A DNA stretch of 64,000 bases from contig JAAOZP010000014.1 in the NCBI GenBank assembly GCA_011605725.1, positions 76,141-140,140 of the forward strand. Direction: 5' to 3'. Numbering within the stretch: position 1 is the first letter of the stretch; every line of letters begins with the position of its first letter. The DNA is from Nitrososphaerota archaeon (lineage in GTDB: Archaea; Thermoproteota; EX4484-205; JAAOZP01). Below are positions 1-9,272 of the stretch, piece after piece. The notes beneath the pieces are model-generated. The model worked only from the letters and a program-made list of their open reading frames with translations, did no database searches and was not told where the DNA came from. The position numbers were made by a program, and so were the translations under genes.

Positions 1-458
1 TAGACAACGTTCCCATTTAAACCCCCTCTCTCCTCAGGCAGCTGAACGTTAACCGCAAGCTGATGGCTTATCTGTGATTTTCCTGTTCCATACTCCCCGA
101 AGAACTCGGTTATCGTCATAGTCTCCAGTCCTCCCCCTAGGAGGGCATCCAGCTTCTTACTTCCAGTAGTAAGCTTCTGAATATGCTCCCGCTGCTTCAG
201 AATGTCTAGGGCTGAGACAAATTTAACCTCAATGCTGCTTCTCGCCAGCGATATTATCTTGGCGGCAGTCTTATCAGGAATGCCTCCGCTTACAAGCTCG
301 TTTACAGTGGCTGTCGCCAATGCTTCAACAGTAGTGTAACCAAGCTCCTTAAGCTTAGCAGCAGTAGATGGACCTATGCCTGGAATATCCTCTATTGATT
401 CAAAAACCTCTACTCGCTCAGATTCATCCTCTTCCTCCTCAGTTTTTCTCCTACCCAT
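1..458 (-). CDS. radA: DNA repair/recombination protein RadA (5' part; runs off the window)
   Basis: Manual translation: [10 protein letters not shown]...[20 protein letters not shown]...[46 protein letters not shown], i.e. HhH domain plus Walker A. Confidence 0.95.
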   Translation of the reverse strand, partial: MGRRKTEEEEDESERVEVFESIEDIPGIGPSTAAKLKELGYTTVEALATATVNELVSGGIPDKTAAKIISLARSSIEVKFVSALDILKQREHIQKLTTGSKKLDALLGGGLETMTITEFFGEYGTGKSQISHQLAVNVQLPEERGGLNGNVV

Positions 459-573
459 GATTTTTTCCTTCTGCTTAACCAGTAGATTCTTAGAACGGTA
501 GCTTATAAATGTGAAACCGATTCCCCGTAAAGGGGTTTTCAAGCTTATAACTTCAGCACGGCTGAAACTTCAG

Positions 574-1266
574 ATGGCTAGGGATTACCGTGAAGAGGTC
601 CGTAGGCTTTACGACACCATATCTGAGGAGTTTGACAGAACAAGGATTAAGCCAGACCCTTTTCTTGAAACGCTGGTTAAAAGAGGTTTTTCAAGAAGAA
701 CCCGCTTAATACTTGATAATGGTTGCGGAAACTGTAGGAACCTGAAAGCGTTTGACAAGGAATGCATCATGATTGCAGGAGACTTTTCCAGAAGCATGCT
801 TAAACAATGTGTGAAAAACGTTTCTGCAAGAGAGGTTCACTACGTGCAGTATGACTTAACACGTCTCCCTTTTAGAAACAGGGTTTTCGACAGTATAATA
901 TGTGTTTCAGCAATACATCATTTGAAGGAGGAGGATGTTGAAAAGGCTTTTAGAGAAATGGGAAGGGTTCTGAGCAACAGGGGATGGATGCTTGCCTCCT
1001 CATGGTCAGTAAAGATGACTAGGGATAATAGGTTTCTGCGCAGAGCTAGAAAGATCAGCGGGAACTATTTCATGGTCAACTGGGGTCCGTACGAGAGGTT
1101 TTACTTTCTCATGGATGCTAAAACCCTCGGCGCGATATGCAGGAAGGCAGGCTTCAGGGATGCGGTTACTCTAGAATATGGGATGAATAATTACAGTCTA
1201 GTGGATAGGAGAACCAGGGAAGCCGGGGCACGTGGAGAGGCTTCAGCCGATGAAAACACTGGTTAA
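574..1266 (+). CDS. Class I SAM-dependent methyltransferase, Trm9/ALKBH8-like
   Basis: YDTISEEFDRTR, LDNGCGNCRN motif I, AIHHL, ERFYFL; ATG at 574 preferred over GTG at 511. Confidence 0.7.
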   Translation: MARDYREEVRRLYDTISEEFDRTRIKPDPFLETLVKRGFSRRTRLILDNGCGNCRNLKAFDKECIMIAGDFSRSMLKQCVKNVSAREVHYVQYDLTRLPFRNRVFDSIICVSAIHHLKEEDVEKAFREMGRVLSNRGWMLASSWSVKMTRDNRFLRRARKISGNYFMVNWGPYERFYFLMDAKTLGAICRKAGFRDAVTLEYGMNNYSLVDRRTREAGARGEASADENTG

Positions 1267-1320
1267 GCGGGAAAAAGGGGAATAAAACTTTTATAACCAC
1301 CGTCAACTATTAAGGGGATG

Positions 1321-1395
1321 GCGGCGCTGGTCTAGCCTGGTTATGACACCAGCCTTCCAAGCTGGGAATCCCGGGTTCAAATCCCGGGCGCCGCA
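1321..1395 (+). tRNA. tRNA-Gly(TCC)
   Basis: Cloverleaf with GCGGCGC/GCGCCGC acceptor, CCAGC-CTTCCAA-GCTGG anticodon arm and TTCAAAT T-loop; upstream AAAACTTTTATAACC promoter. Confidence 0.97.
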
Positions 1396-1437
1396 TAAAC
1401 CATAATAACCTTCAAGTGTTTTTCCATAAGCGTTTAA

Positions 1438-1803
1438 ATGGGTAAGAGGATGGTGATGAATATCGCAAGGGAGAGGATAGACATACTGCTTAGGCTTGCG
1501 CTGGAAACTGCGGAATCCGACTTGAGCAGGGCTGAATCATATGCCAAGCTTGCCTGGAGGATTGCTGAGAAATACAACCTTAGGAGGAAGACCGTGTTGA
1601 GAAGATACTTTAGATGTAGTAAGTGTAAGAGCCCAGTGATACCTGGTCGTAGCCTTAAGATTAGGGTTTTGAAAGACAAGGGAGTGGGGCTCATCTGTTT
1701 GAAGTGTGGAAGCGTCAAGCTTATTCCAGTTTTCCGCGAAAAAGATAAGAATCCTGGTGTTGAAGCATATTCGACCAGGTTTGAGTCTAGAGCTTACGGC
1801 TGA
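1438..1803 (+). CDS. rnp4: Ribonuclease P protein component 4 (Rpp21)
   Basis: IARERIDIL N-terminus; CSKC...PG...CLKCG zinc ribbon. Confidence 0.9.
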   Translation: MGKRMVMNIARERIDILLRLALETAESDLSRAESYAKLAWRIAEKYNLRRKTVLRRYFRCSKCKSPVIPGRSLKIRVLKDKGVGLICLKCGSVKLIPVFREKDKNPGVEAYSTRFESRAYG

Positions 1804-2398
1804 AGTGGAGCGTTTCACGAAAGCATTCATATTGCTGTTCGTCATACTCGATTCTGTTGGAAACATTCCTGTTTTCCACGCTTTTCTAGAGTCCTTCTCA
1901 AGCGAGAGGAGGAGGAAGATAATAAGGGAGTCTGTCGTCGCCGCGACAGCAGTGCTAGTGTTCTTCGCCATGCTTGGAAACATAATGTTCAGCTTCCTCG
2001 GGATAAGGCTATATGACTTCTACGTTGCTTCAGGAATGGTTCTTGTAGCAATATCCTTAAAATACATACTTGTGGGTGAGGAGAGCGAGCTGAGAGGGGA
2101 AAAGGCTGAGGAGATCTCTGTCTTCCCCCTGGCTACGCCGCTTCTCGCAGGTCCGGGAAGTATTTCCACAGTCATAATAATATCTAACCCTCCATATAAC
2201 ATTCTGATTTGCATACTAGTAATACTGCTGAACGCGGTTTTAGCATACGTGATCCTTGTTAACGGTGAGAGGATTATGGCGAGCATAGGCAGAACTCCTT
2301 CGAAGCTTATTGCGAAAATATTCAACTTGATAATAGTGGCTTTCGGGATAGTTATGATTAGAAACGGTTTAGAAGGATTTCTACAGTTACCCGGGTAG
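1781..2398 (+). CDS. MarC family membrane protein
   Basis: LFVILDSVGNIPVF and VFPLATPLLAGPGSIST motifs; TTG start at 1781 inferred. Confidence 0.9.
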   Translation: MSLELTAEVERFTKAFILLFVILDSVGNIPVFHAFLESFSSERRRKIIRESVVAATAVLVFFAMLGNIMFSFLGIRLYDFYVASGMVLVAISLKYILVGEESELRGEKAEEISVFPLATPLLAGPGSISTVIIISNPPYNILICILVILLNAVLAYVILVNGERIMASIGRTPSKLIAKIFNLIIVAFGIVMIRNGLEGFLQLPG

Positions 2399-2407
2399 CT
2401 TTAGAAG

Positions 2408-2576
2408 AAAAAGTTAATATAGTAGTGGAGCGGTCTCCGCTGAGGAGGTGTATAGTGCACATGGCCAGCAACGCCCAAAGGGGGCGAGACTACCTGCGTT
2501 GCAGAGACAGCGACACCTCTATCGGAGTCTGCTGAAAAACAATATTGTTTTAAACCTGTTTTAGGAGGGTTTCGTA
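2408..2576 (+). promoter_or_regulatory. leu operon promoter and structured 5' leader
   Basis: A-rich BRE plus TTAATATA (2414-2421); SD AGGAGGTG (2443-2450); motif shared with the ilv leader. Confidence 0.7.
2455..2535 (+). CDS. Putative leader peptide (uORF) MHMASNAQRGRDYLRCRDSDTSIGVC
   Basis: Strong SD 4 nt before GTG; aligns without gaps to the ilv uORF; single Leu at codon 14. Confidence 0.6.
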   Translation: MHMASNAQRGRDYLRCRDSDTSIGVC

Positions 2577-4112
2577 ATGGTTTGGAGAGGATATATTGCT
2601 GAGGCTGAAATACCTGGCAGGGTGATTCTTTTCGACACTACTTTAAGAGATGGTGAACAGACTCCTGGAGTCGCGCTTACGCCCGAGGACAAGCTTAAGA
2701 TAGCGAGACAGCTGGACTTGCTTGGAGTACCCGTATTGGAAGCAGGCTTTCCAGCAGCGTCGCGCGGCGAGGAGGAGGCTATTAAGCAGATAGCTAGAGA
2801 AGGGTTGAACGCGGAGGTCGCTGCCTTATCCAGATGCGTGAAGGAGGATGTTGAGAAGACTGCTTCAACCGGTGCACGGAGAATACATCTTTTCATAGCA
2901 ACCTCAGACATACATTTGAATAAGAAGCTGCAGATAAGCAGGGATGAAGCTGTATGCAGAGCGGTTGAATCCATAGACCTTGCTAAATCCTACGGTATGA
3001 AAATAGAGTTTTCAGCTGAGGATGCGACTCGGACGAGCATCGATTTCCTAGTGGAGTTTTACAGGAGGGTTGAAGAGGCGGGAGCAAGCATAGTCGACAT
3101 TCCTGATACTGTTGGTGTTGCAACACCCTTTGCTATGAGGGAGATTGTTAAGAGGGTTCGCAAAGCCCTGAGGATCCCGGTTGCAGTGCACTGTCACAAC
3201 GACATGGGTCTAGCAGTTGCGAACACGCTTGCAGGCATTGAGGGCGGAGCCTCTGAGGCGCATGTAACAATTAATGGACTTGGGGAGAGAGCAGGCAACG
3301 CGAGCCTAGAGGAGGTGGCGGTTTCCCTGAAAGTATTGTATGGTGTTGAAACAGGCTTAAAGTTTAAAGAGATATACAACACTTGCAGGCTTGTCTCACT
3401 GATAACTGGCGTAGCAATACCTGTGAATAAGCCTATAGTTGGAGAAAACGCTTTCTCCCATGAGAGCGGTATCCATACTCACGGCATACTGGCGTCTCCA
3501 GAGACTTACGAGCCTATAGACCCTGGGTTTGTTGGAGCTAGGAGAAAGCTGGTAGCTGGAAAGCACGCCGGTGTCCACGGGATTTCAGCGCAGCTTGAAG
3601 AAATGGGGTACAGGCTTAGTGAGGAGGAGTTGAAACAGGTTCTTAAAATAGTTAAGGATATTGGCGACAAGGGTAAGAAGGTTACTGACGCGGAACTCGC
3701 CTCGATAGCTGAAAGCGTTATAGGGTACGGGGTCGGTGAGAAGGATCGCATCGAGCTTGAAGAGCTTCTGGTGGTCACTGGGTTAAACACGACGCCGACA
3801 GCAGCAATAAAGATAAGAAGGGGTGAACAGGCTTGGAGAGGAGCGGAGTTCGGAGTGGGGCCGATAGATGCTTCGATGAAGGCAGTCAGCAAGCTTCTTG
3901 GAGACCTGGTTAAGATTAAGCTTGAAAGCTTCAGGTTGGAGGCAATCACGGGAGGCACGGATGCGCTTGCAGAAGTTACGGTCAGGGTTTCAGATGAAGA
4001 AGGGAGGAGTGTGACTGCGAAGGGATTCAGCGAGGACATTGTGCTAGCAGGGGTTTACGCGATATTAAACGGGGCTAACAGGCTTCTGCAGATTAAGAGG
4101 GCTGGTAGATGA
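2577..4112 (+). CDS. leuA: 2-isopropylmalate synthase (LeuA/CimA family)
   Basis: DTTLRDGEQTPG, HCHND, GERAGNA and C-terminal regulatory domain; upstream of leuCD. Confidence 0.85.
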   Translation: MVWRGYIAEAEIPGRVILFDTTLRDGEQTPGVALTPEDKLKIARQLDLLGVPVLEAGFPAASRGEEEAIKQIAREGLNAEVAALSRCVKEDVEKTASTGARRIHLFIATSDIHLNKKLQISRDEAVCRAVESIDLAKSYGMKIEFSAEDATRTSIDFLVEFYRRVEEAGASIVDIPDTVGVATPFAMREIVKRVRKALRIPVAVHCHNDMGLAVANTLAGIEGGASEAHVTINGLGERAGNASLEEVAVSLKVLYGVETGLKFKEIYNTCRLVSLITGVAIPVNKPIVGENAFSHESGIHTHGILASPETYEPIDPGFVGARRKLVAGKHAGVHGISAQLEEMGYRLSEEELKQVLKIVKDIGDKGKKVTDAELASIAESVIGYGVGEKDRIELEELLVVTGLNTTPTAAIKIRRGEQAWRGAEFGVGPIDASMKAVSKLLGDLVKIKLESFRLEAITGGTDALAEVTVRVSDEEGRSVTAKGFSEDIVLAGVYAILNGANRLLQIKRAGR

Positions 4113-5374
4113 CGGGTTTAACAGCAGTACAGAAGGTGCTTTCCAGGAAAACAGGCAGGCCTCGTGTGGAACCTGGTGAAATAGTTGAGGCTAAGGTGGA
4201 TTTCCTAATGTTGCACGAGGTAACTGGGCCACTGGCTGTCGAAGAGTTTGAAAAAATCTCTGGAAAAGTCTGGGACCCAAGTAGGGTGATAGTGGTTTTC
4301 GACCATGATGTTCCGCCGAGCACGATAGACTTAGCCAACCAGATGAGAAGGATGAGAAGCTTCGTTAAGAAACACGGGGTAAACAATTTTTTCGAGATAG
4401 GCAGGGGAGGTATTGCTCATCAAGTTCTCTTCGAAGAAGGCTTCGACATGCCTGGCTTCCTGATAGTCGGCGCGGACAGTCATACTTGCACAGCTGGGGC
4501 GACTGGCGCAGTTGGAATAGGGGTCGGCTCTACTGATGCTGCTGTTGTCCTAGCAACCGGAGAGATATGGTTGAGGGTTCCTGAAACACTGTTGGTTGAG
4601 GTCAAAGGCAGGCTTAGGAAAGGCGTTTTCGCGAAGGATGTTGCTTTAAGTATCGTTGGGAGAATTGGCAGCAATGGAGCAACCTATAAGGCTCTGGAGT
4701 ATTCAGGTGAAACAGTAAGCATGATGTCTCTTTCTGAACGCCTTACTCTTGCAAACCTCTCCGTGGAGACTGGCGCTAAAACCGGGATTGTTCAGACAGA
4801 TTCTAAAAGCATTGAGTATGCTGAGAACTCTGGAAGACGCAGCGAGCTACTGGATGTTAGGAGCGACCCCGACGCGTGCCTGGAGAAAATCGAGATTGAT
4901 GTTTCAAACTTGGAGCCTGTTGTAAGCCTGCCGCATAGCGTGGATAATGTTAAGCCCGTTGCAGAAGTTGAAGGCCTTGAGATAGACCAGGCTTTCCTAG
5001 GTTCCTGCACGAACGGGAGGCTGGACGATCTTCTCGTAGCCTTCAAGATACTTAAGGGGAGAAGGGTCGCGCCGAGCGTGAGGCTGGTGGTTAGCCCGGC
5101 TTCAGTCAAGGTGTATGCGGAGGCTTTGAGAGCAGGAGTCGTCGAGGAGATTGTGCGGGCAGGAGGAATAGTGACAAGCCCAACATGTGGTCCCTGCCTC
5201 GGAATGTCGAGGGGAGTTCTTGCTGAAGGAGAGGTTGCAGTTTCAAGCAGCAACAGGAACTTTATAGGCAGAATGGGTGATAAGAGGAGTAAAGTGTTCC
5301 TCGCTTCCCCGGCGACAGTGGTTGCGTCAGCGGTAGAGGGAAGAATAGCTGATCCAAGGAGGTTTCTGCCTTGA
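4109..5374 (+). CDS. leuC: 3-isopropylmalate dehydratase large subunit
   Basis: DSHTCT, GSCTNGR, CGPCLG and NRNFIGRMG aconitase-family motifs. Confidence 0.92.
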   Translation: MTGLTAVQKVLSRKTGRPRVEPGEIVEAKVDFLMLHEVTGPLAVEEFEKISGKVWDPSRVIVVFDHDVPPSTIDLANQMRRMRSFVKKHGVNNFFEIGRGGIAHQVLFEEGFDMPGFLIVGADSHTCTAGATGAVGIGVGSTDAAVVLATGEIWLRVPETLLVEVKGRLRKGVFAKDVALSIVGRIGSNGATYKALEYSGETVSMMSLSERLTLANLSVETGAKTGIVQTDSKSIEYAENSGRRSELLDVRSDPDACLEKIEIDVSNLEPVVSLPHSVDNVKPVAEVEGLEIDQAFLGSCTNGRLDDLLVAFKILKGRRVAPSVRLVVSPASVKVYAEALRAGVVEEIVRAGGIVTSPTCGPCLGMSRGVLAEGEVAVSSSNRNFIGRMGDKRSKVFLASPATVVASAVEGRIADPRRFLP

Positions 5375-5868
5375 AGATACGCGGTAGGATTATTAGGCTT
5401 GGAGACAACGTGGATACTGACGTGATAATACCTGCAAGATACTTGGTGACTCACGATGCGGAGGTTCTTGCGAAACATGTTTTCGAAGACTATTATCCTG
5501 AATTCAGGGCAAAGGCTTCTGGTGGAGCGATAATAGTTGCCGGAGAGGACTTCGGGCTGGGGAGCTCAAGAGAGCATGCAGTAATAGCTTTGAAACACTC
5601 CGGTGTGAAAGCGATAGTAGCTAAGTCTTTTGCAAGAATCTTCTACAGGAATTCTATCAACCTGGGTCTTCCCGCGCTCGTCTTAAGAAGTAATGAGGGT
5701 TTTGACAAGCTTAAGGATGGGGATGAGGCTGAGCTTGATGTCTCCAACGGGGTTTTGACGATTATCAGAACCGGGGAGAAGTTTTCCTGCGATAAAATGC
5801 CTGAATTCATGATGAAAATAATAGAAGCAGGAGGCTTAATAAACTATTTTTTGAAGAAACACGGATGA
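5371..5868 (+). CDS. leuD: 3-isopropylmalate dehydratase small subunit
   Basis: DNVDTDVIIPARYL, GSSREHA, SFARIFYRN. Confidence 0.93.
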   Translation: MKIRGRIIRLGDNVDTDVIIPARYLVTHDAEVLAKHVFEDYYPEFRAKASGGAIIVAGEDFGLGSSREHAVIALKHSGVKAIVAKSFARIFYRNSINLGLPALVLRSNEGFDKLKDGDEAELDVSNGVLTIIRTGEKFSCDKMPEFMMKIIEAGGLINYFLKKHG

Positions 5869-5916
5869 AACCCGCTGGAAAACAGGGCCCGATAACTATT
5901 TATAAACCGGCTCAGC

Positions 5917-6777
5917 ATGAAACTATTACTGTTGCAGCGGAGAGAAGCAGTTAGAAGGGAGGCTGTTGGCAGTTATTCCTGCGAGCAGTGTGGGCGTCCA
6001 CTGAGCCCTGAATACAAGTTCTGCCCAGCCTGCGGAACCCCGCGGAGAGGAGTCTCCTACGTTAGGAGGGTTTCAACAGGCAACCCGGCTATAGACGAGA
6101 TTCTGGAGGGTGGTTTCGAAGTGGGTAAAACATATCTGCTCGCCGGGGAGGCTGGAACCGGTAAGACGATTTTCAGCTTACAATACCTCTTACACGGGGC
6201 TAAGAATAATGAGCCCGGAATATATGTTACGATAGACGAGAGGCCGGAGATGCTTGTTAGAGACGTGAGGAACTTCGGCTGGGATCTTCAGCCGCTCATA
6301 GAGACAAAGAAGCTTGCGATACTCCCGGTTAGGAGATACTTCACCTCCAAGATGTGGGGGAGGGAAATGGACACTATAGTTAACAACATAATAGAGGAGC
6401 TTGACAGGAGGAGGAGGGAGATAGGGGCTAAGAGGCTTGTCATAGATCCTATAGCCCCGTTGGTAACTACTTATTCGAACGAGGTTGCATGGGTTAGAGA
6501 ATACATCAGGAGCCTCATATTCTCTATTGAGGAGAAGCTCGGTGTAACCACGGTTATAACGTCAGAAGTCCCTACTGGGGAGAACATGATGAGCAGGTAT
6601 GGTGTTGAAGAGTTTCTGGCGAGCGGCGTAATATTACTATCCCTGTCTAGAGTTGGGAACTCCATAATAAGGACGATGTTTATAAGGAAGATGCGCTGGA
6701 CTGCTGTGAACCCAACGATCTACAGGTTTGAAATAGAAAGGGGTCGTGGAATAGTTCTTAAAGAACCGTTAAGCTAA
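5917..6777 (+). CDS. KaiC/RAD55-family ATPase with N-terminal zinc ribbon
   Basis: CEQC...FCPACG ribbon; GEAGTGKT Walker A; RLVIDP; IRKMR. Confidence 0.85.
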   Translation: MKLLLLQRREAVRREAVGSYSCEQCGRPLSPEYKFCPACGTPRRGVSYVRRVSTGNPAIDEILEGGFEVGKTYLLAGEAGTGKTIFSLQYLLHGAKNNEPGIYVTIDERPEMLVRDVRNFGWDLQPLIETKKLAILPVRRYFTSKMWGREMDTIVNNIIEELDRRRREIGAKRLVIDPIAPLVTTYSNEVAWVREYIRSLIFSIEEKLGVTTVITSEVPTGENMMSRYGVEEFLASGVILLSLSRVGNSIIRTMFIRKMRWTAVNPTIYRFEIERGRGIVLKEPLS

Positions 6778-7340
6778 GTCGGCAGCCTGGTTCCACATCT
6801 GAAGCAGAATTTGTAGCGCGCATTGTTTATTGCCCCACACTTTGGACAGGTTTTAGTGCCTGCACTACCAGCCGTCTCCTCGGAAGCAGGCCGCGACGCA
6901 ACGGTGACGGTTTCAACATGCTCCGGTTCCGCCGCCTCATATTCAGCAGGCTCCTTGAAAGAGGGCTGGGCCTCAGGAGCCTCCGCTGCACTACTGCTTG
7001 GCGCAACCTGGACCTCAGGCTCCTTCGGCACGTACGTGGAGGGTTTTGCTGAAACCTGCTCCCTAACCTGGGTCTTCGGCTCTTCACGCGTTTCGACAGC
7101 CGGCTTCGCCGGCGCAGGGGGTGCAGCTGGAACAGTAACCTCTTTCTTCAATATCACTATGTCTTCAGCAGCGTCAACCTCGCTCCAGATGAACTCCATC
7201 TCCCTATTGTCTCTCCCGACAACAACTATTCCAACTAGGTTCTCGCCTAAGACAAACCCTATGTCTTTAACAGTGCCGACGTATCGGCCCCTCTTATCGT
7301 AAACCTGGAGGCCTATTATCTTGTCTTTTCTAATTAGCAA
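6774..7340 (-). CDS. PRC-barrel protein with Pro/Ala/Glu linker and C-terminal zinc ribbon
   Basis: IIGLQVYDKRGRYVGTVKDI PRC signature; CPKCG...FCFRCG. Confidence 0.8.
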   Translation of the reverse strand: MLIRKDKIIGLQVYDKRGRYVGTVKDIGFVLGENLVGIVVVGRDNREMEFIWSEVDAAEDIVILKKEVTVPAAPPAPAKPAVETREEPKTQVREQVSAKPSTYVPKEPEVQVAPSSSAAEAPEAQPSFKEPAEYEAAEPEHVETVTVASRPASEETAGSAGTKTCPKCGAINNARYKFCFRCGTRLPT

Positions 7341-7461
7341 CCCGTAGGGAAATTCTCCCGGGGTGACTTTTATTCTTTATCTTCATATTAGTACACAATG
7401 CTAACGGTTTAGATGCTGTGTCAAACAGGCAATGAAACAGTTTAAAGGCATTAGAGGGCCT

Positions 7462-8994
7462 CTAAGGGCATTTTTCAACCGTGGAGAAGGAGAAGCCCTT
7501 GACAAGCCTGCTTACAGCGTTTTCCAGAAGCATCCTAGCCTCCGTGTCTTTCTGAAGCATCAGGCTAAGCTTTGAGAAACACTCTTTTAAAACGTTCTCC
7601 CTGTCTGCGAGCATCATTTTATCAGCCTCGGGAGAGCCTGCGCCTAAGGATACTCGCTTCGAAGCGACAGCACTCGCGTCAGCCTCTTTCAGTATTTTCA
7701 TCAGTAGACCGCTAACGTCTCTGCCTAACACGTTCAGGGAAACACTTTTTAAATCCTCCTCGTTGAGACTATTCATCTTCCTGCCGGTTTTAACGCTGAG
7801 CTTAACAATCTCCCCCACCAACCTGTGGGCAAGCCTGAATGGAACCCTGGCTTCCTCAACTATTCTTTCAGCAACATCCAAGGCAATAATGTTTGGCTCA
7901 GTTAAAGACCTTATTCTCTCACGGTTCTCCTTAAGATTCTCAAGAACAATTCTAACGATTCTAACTGCTTCCCTGCTTGTTTCAATAGCCTCGATCAACG
8001 GGGGCTTGGTTTCCTGAAGATCTCTAACATAGCCGCTGGGCACTGCCTTGCAAACCATCGAGAGCTGAGCTAGACTTGAGAAAACCCTTCCTGTTCTCGC
8101 ACGGGTCAGCTCAAGTATGCAAGGATTCTTCTTATGTGGCATCGCGCTCGATGGGAAAGCCAGCTCGTCTGGAAGCGTGAAGAAACCGTATTCTGAGGAA
8201 AGCCAGATTATAAGGTCCTCCATAATCCTGCTCAGGTTAAGCATGAGAATGTTGAGGTTTGAAACAACCTCCAGCGCGAAGTCTCTTGACGAAACAGCGT
8301 CGAACGAGTTCTCCACAACACCGTCGAACCCTAGGAGCCTCGTAGTGAGACTCCTGTCTATCTTAAGCGAGGAGCCGACTATAGCAACGCTCCCTAAAGG
8401 ATTCTGGTTAACCCTTTTAAAGGATTCTGAGAGTCGGTTAAAGTCTCTCAGAAACACGTCGAAATACCCTAGGAAATAGTGTGAAAGAGGAGCAACCTGA
8501 GCCTGTTGCAGATGAGTGTAGAACGGGAAAACTACGTCAAGAGTCTCTCCAGCCTTCTTTAGAAGAGTTGCCTCAAGCTTAAGCAGCTCTCCCATAATGC
8601 TTAAGACTTCTCTCCTCGTCTTAAGCCTCACCGCCGTGACAACCTGATCATTCCTGGAGCGAGCCGTGTGAACAAGGCCTCCTACCTCCATCCCAGCCTG
8701 CTTAACTACATAAGACTCTATGAGTTCATGAACATCCTCGTACTTTTCAAGGTCGAGCTGACTCAAACCTTCCTCTCTAAGCCTTTTAAGAGCCTCAAGA
8801 ATCTGTTTAAGCTGCTCCTCAGTAATATAGCCCTGTTTCATAAGCATGAGGTCGTGCGCAACCGTGCATTCAATATCCTCGTTAAATATCCAAGCGTCTT
8901 CCCTAATGCTGGACACGTATCTCGTGGCCTCTGAGGAAACCGGTCCAAGCCTGCTCCTATATATGCCTCCGGAAGCATCCTGCTCCATTGACAA
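7462..8994 (-). CDS. argH: Argininosuccinate lyase
   Basis: EDVH, HTARSRNDQV, YTHLQQAQ, SSAMPHKKNP. Confidence 0.93.
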   Translation of the reverse strand: MSMEQDASGGIYRSRLGPVSSEATRYVSSIREDAWIFNEDIECTVAHDLMLMKQGYITEEQLKQILEALKRLREEGLSQLDLEKYEDVHELIESYVVKQAGMEVGGLVHTARSRNDQVVTAVRLKTRREVLSIMGELLKLEATLLKKAGETLDVVFPFYTHLQQAQVAPLSHYFLGYFDVFLRDFNRLSESFKRVNQNPLGSVAIVGSSLKIDRSLTTRLLGFDGVVENSFDAVSSRDFALEVVSNLNILMLNLSRIMEDLIIWLSSEYGFFTLPDELAFPSSAMPHKKNPCILELTRARTGRVFSSLAQLSMVCKAVPSGYVRDLQETKPPLIEAIETSREAVRIVRIVLENLKENRERIRSLTEPNIIALDVAERIVEEARVPFRLAHRLVGEIVKLSVKTGRKMNSLNEEDLKSVSLNVLGRDVSGLLMKILKEADASAVASKRVSLGAGSPEADKMMLADRENVLKECFSKLSLMLQKDTEARMLLENAVSRLVKGFSFSTVEKCP

Positions 8995-9272
8995 CCCTAA
9001 GCCGGATGAACCTGCAGAAACATGCTAATAAGGGTTACATGAAAAACGGTTTGAAACATTCTGAAGGCTTAAAAGCGATCAGCATTTTACGGGTTTCCCT
9101 AGAGACAAGTGGTGGCGAGCTAAGATTCTACAAGGGTTGAGACGCCTCCGGTAGTCCAGAAGCATGTGAATCACACTCCACGGAAAGCCTTTCCCCCGGT
9201 TTTCTACGCGCGCAAAAAGCAGCGGGCAAAACTTAAAAGGCTCAAAAACAAGTATTTCAAGAGGAACTCGTC

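Noticed and set aside
2440-2576. Classical T-box riboswitch or bacterial Leu-run attenuator
   Set aside because: No T-box consensus (TGGNACCGCG), no tandem Leu codons and no clear GC hairpin plus U-run terminator.
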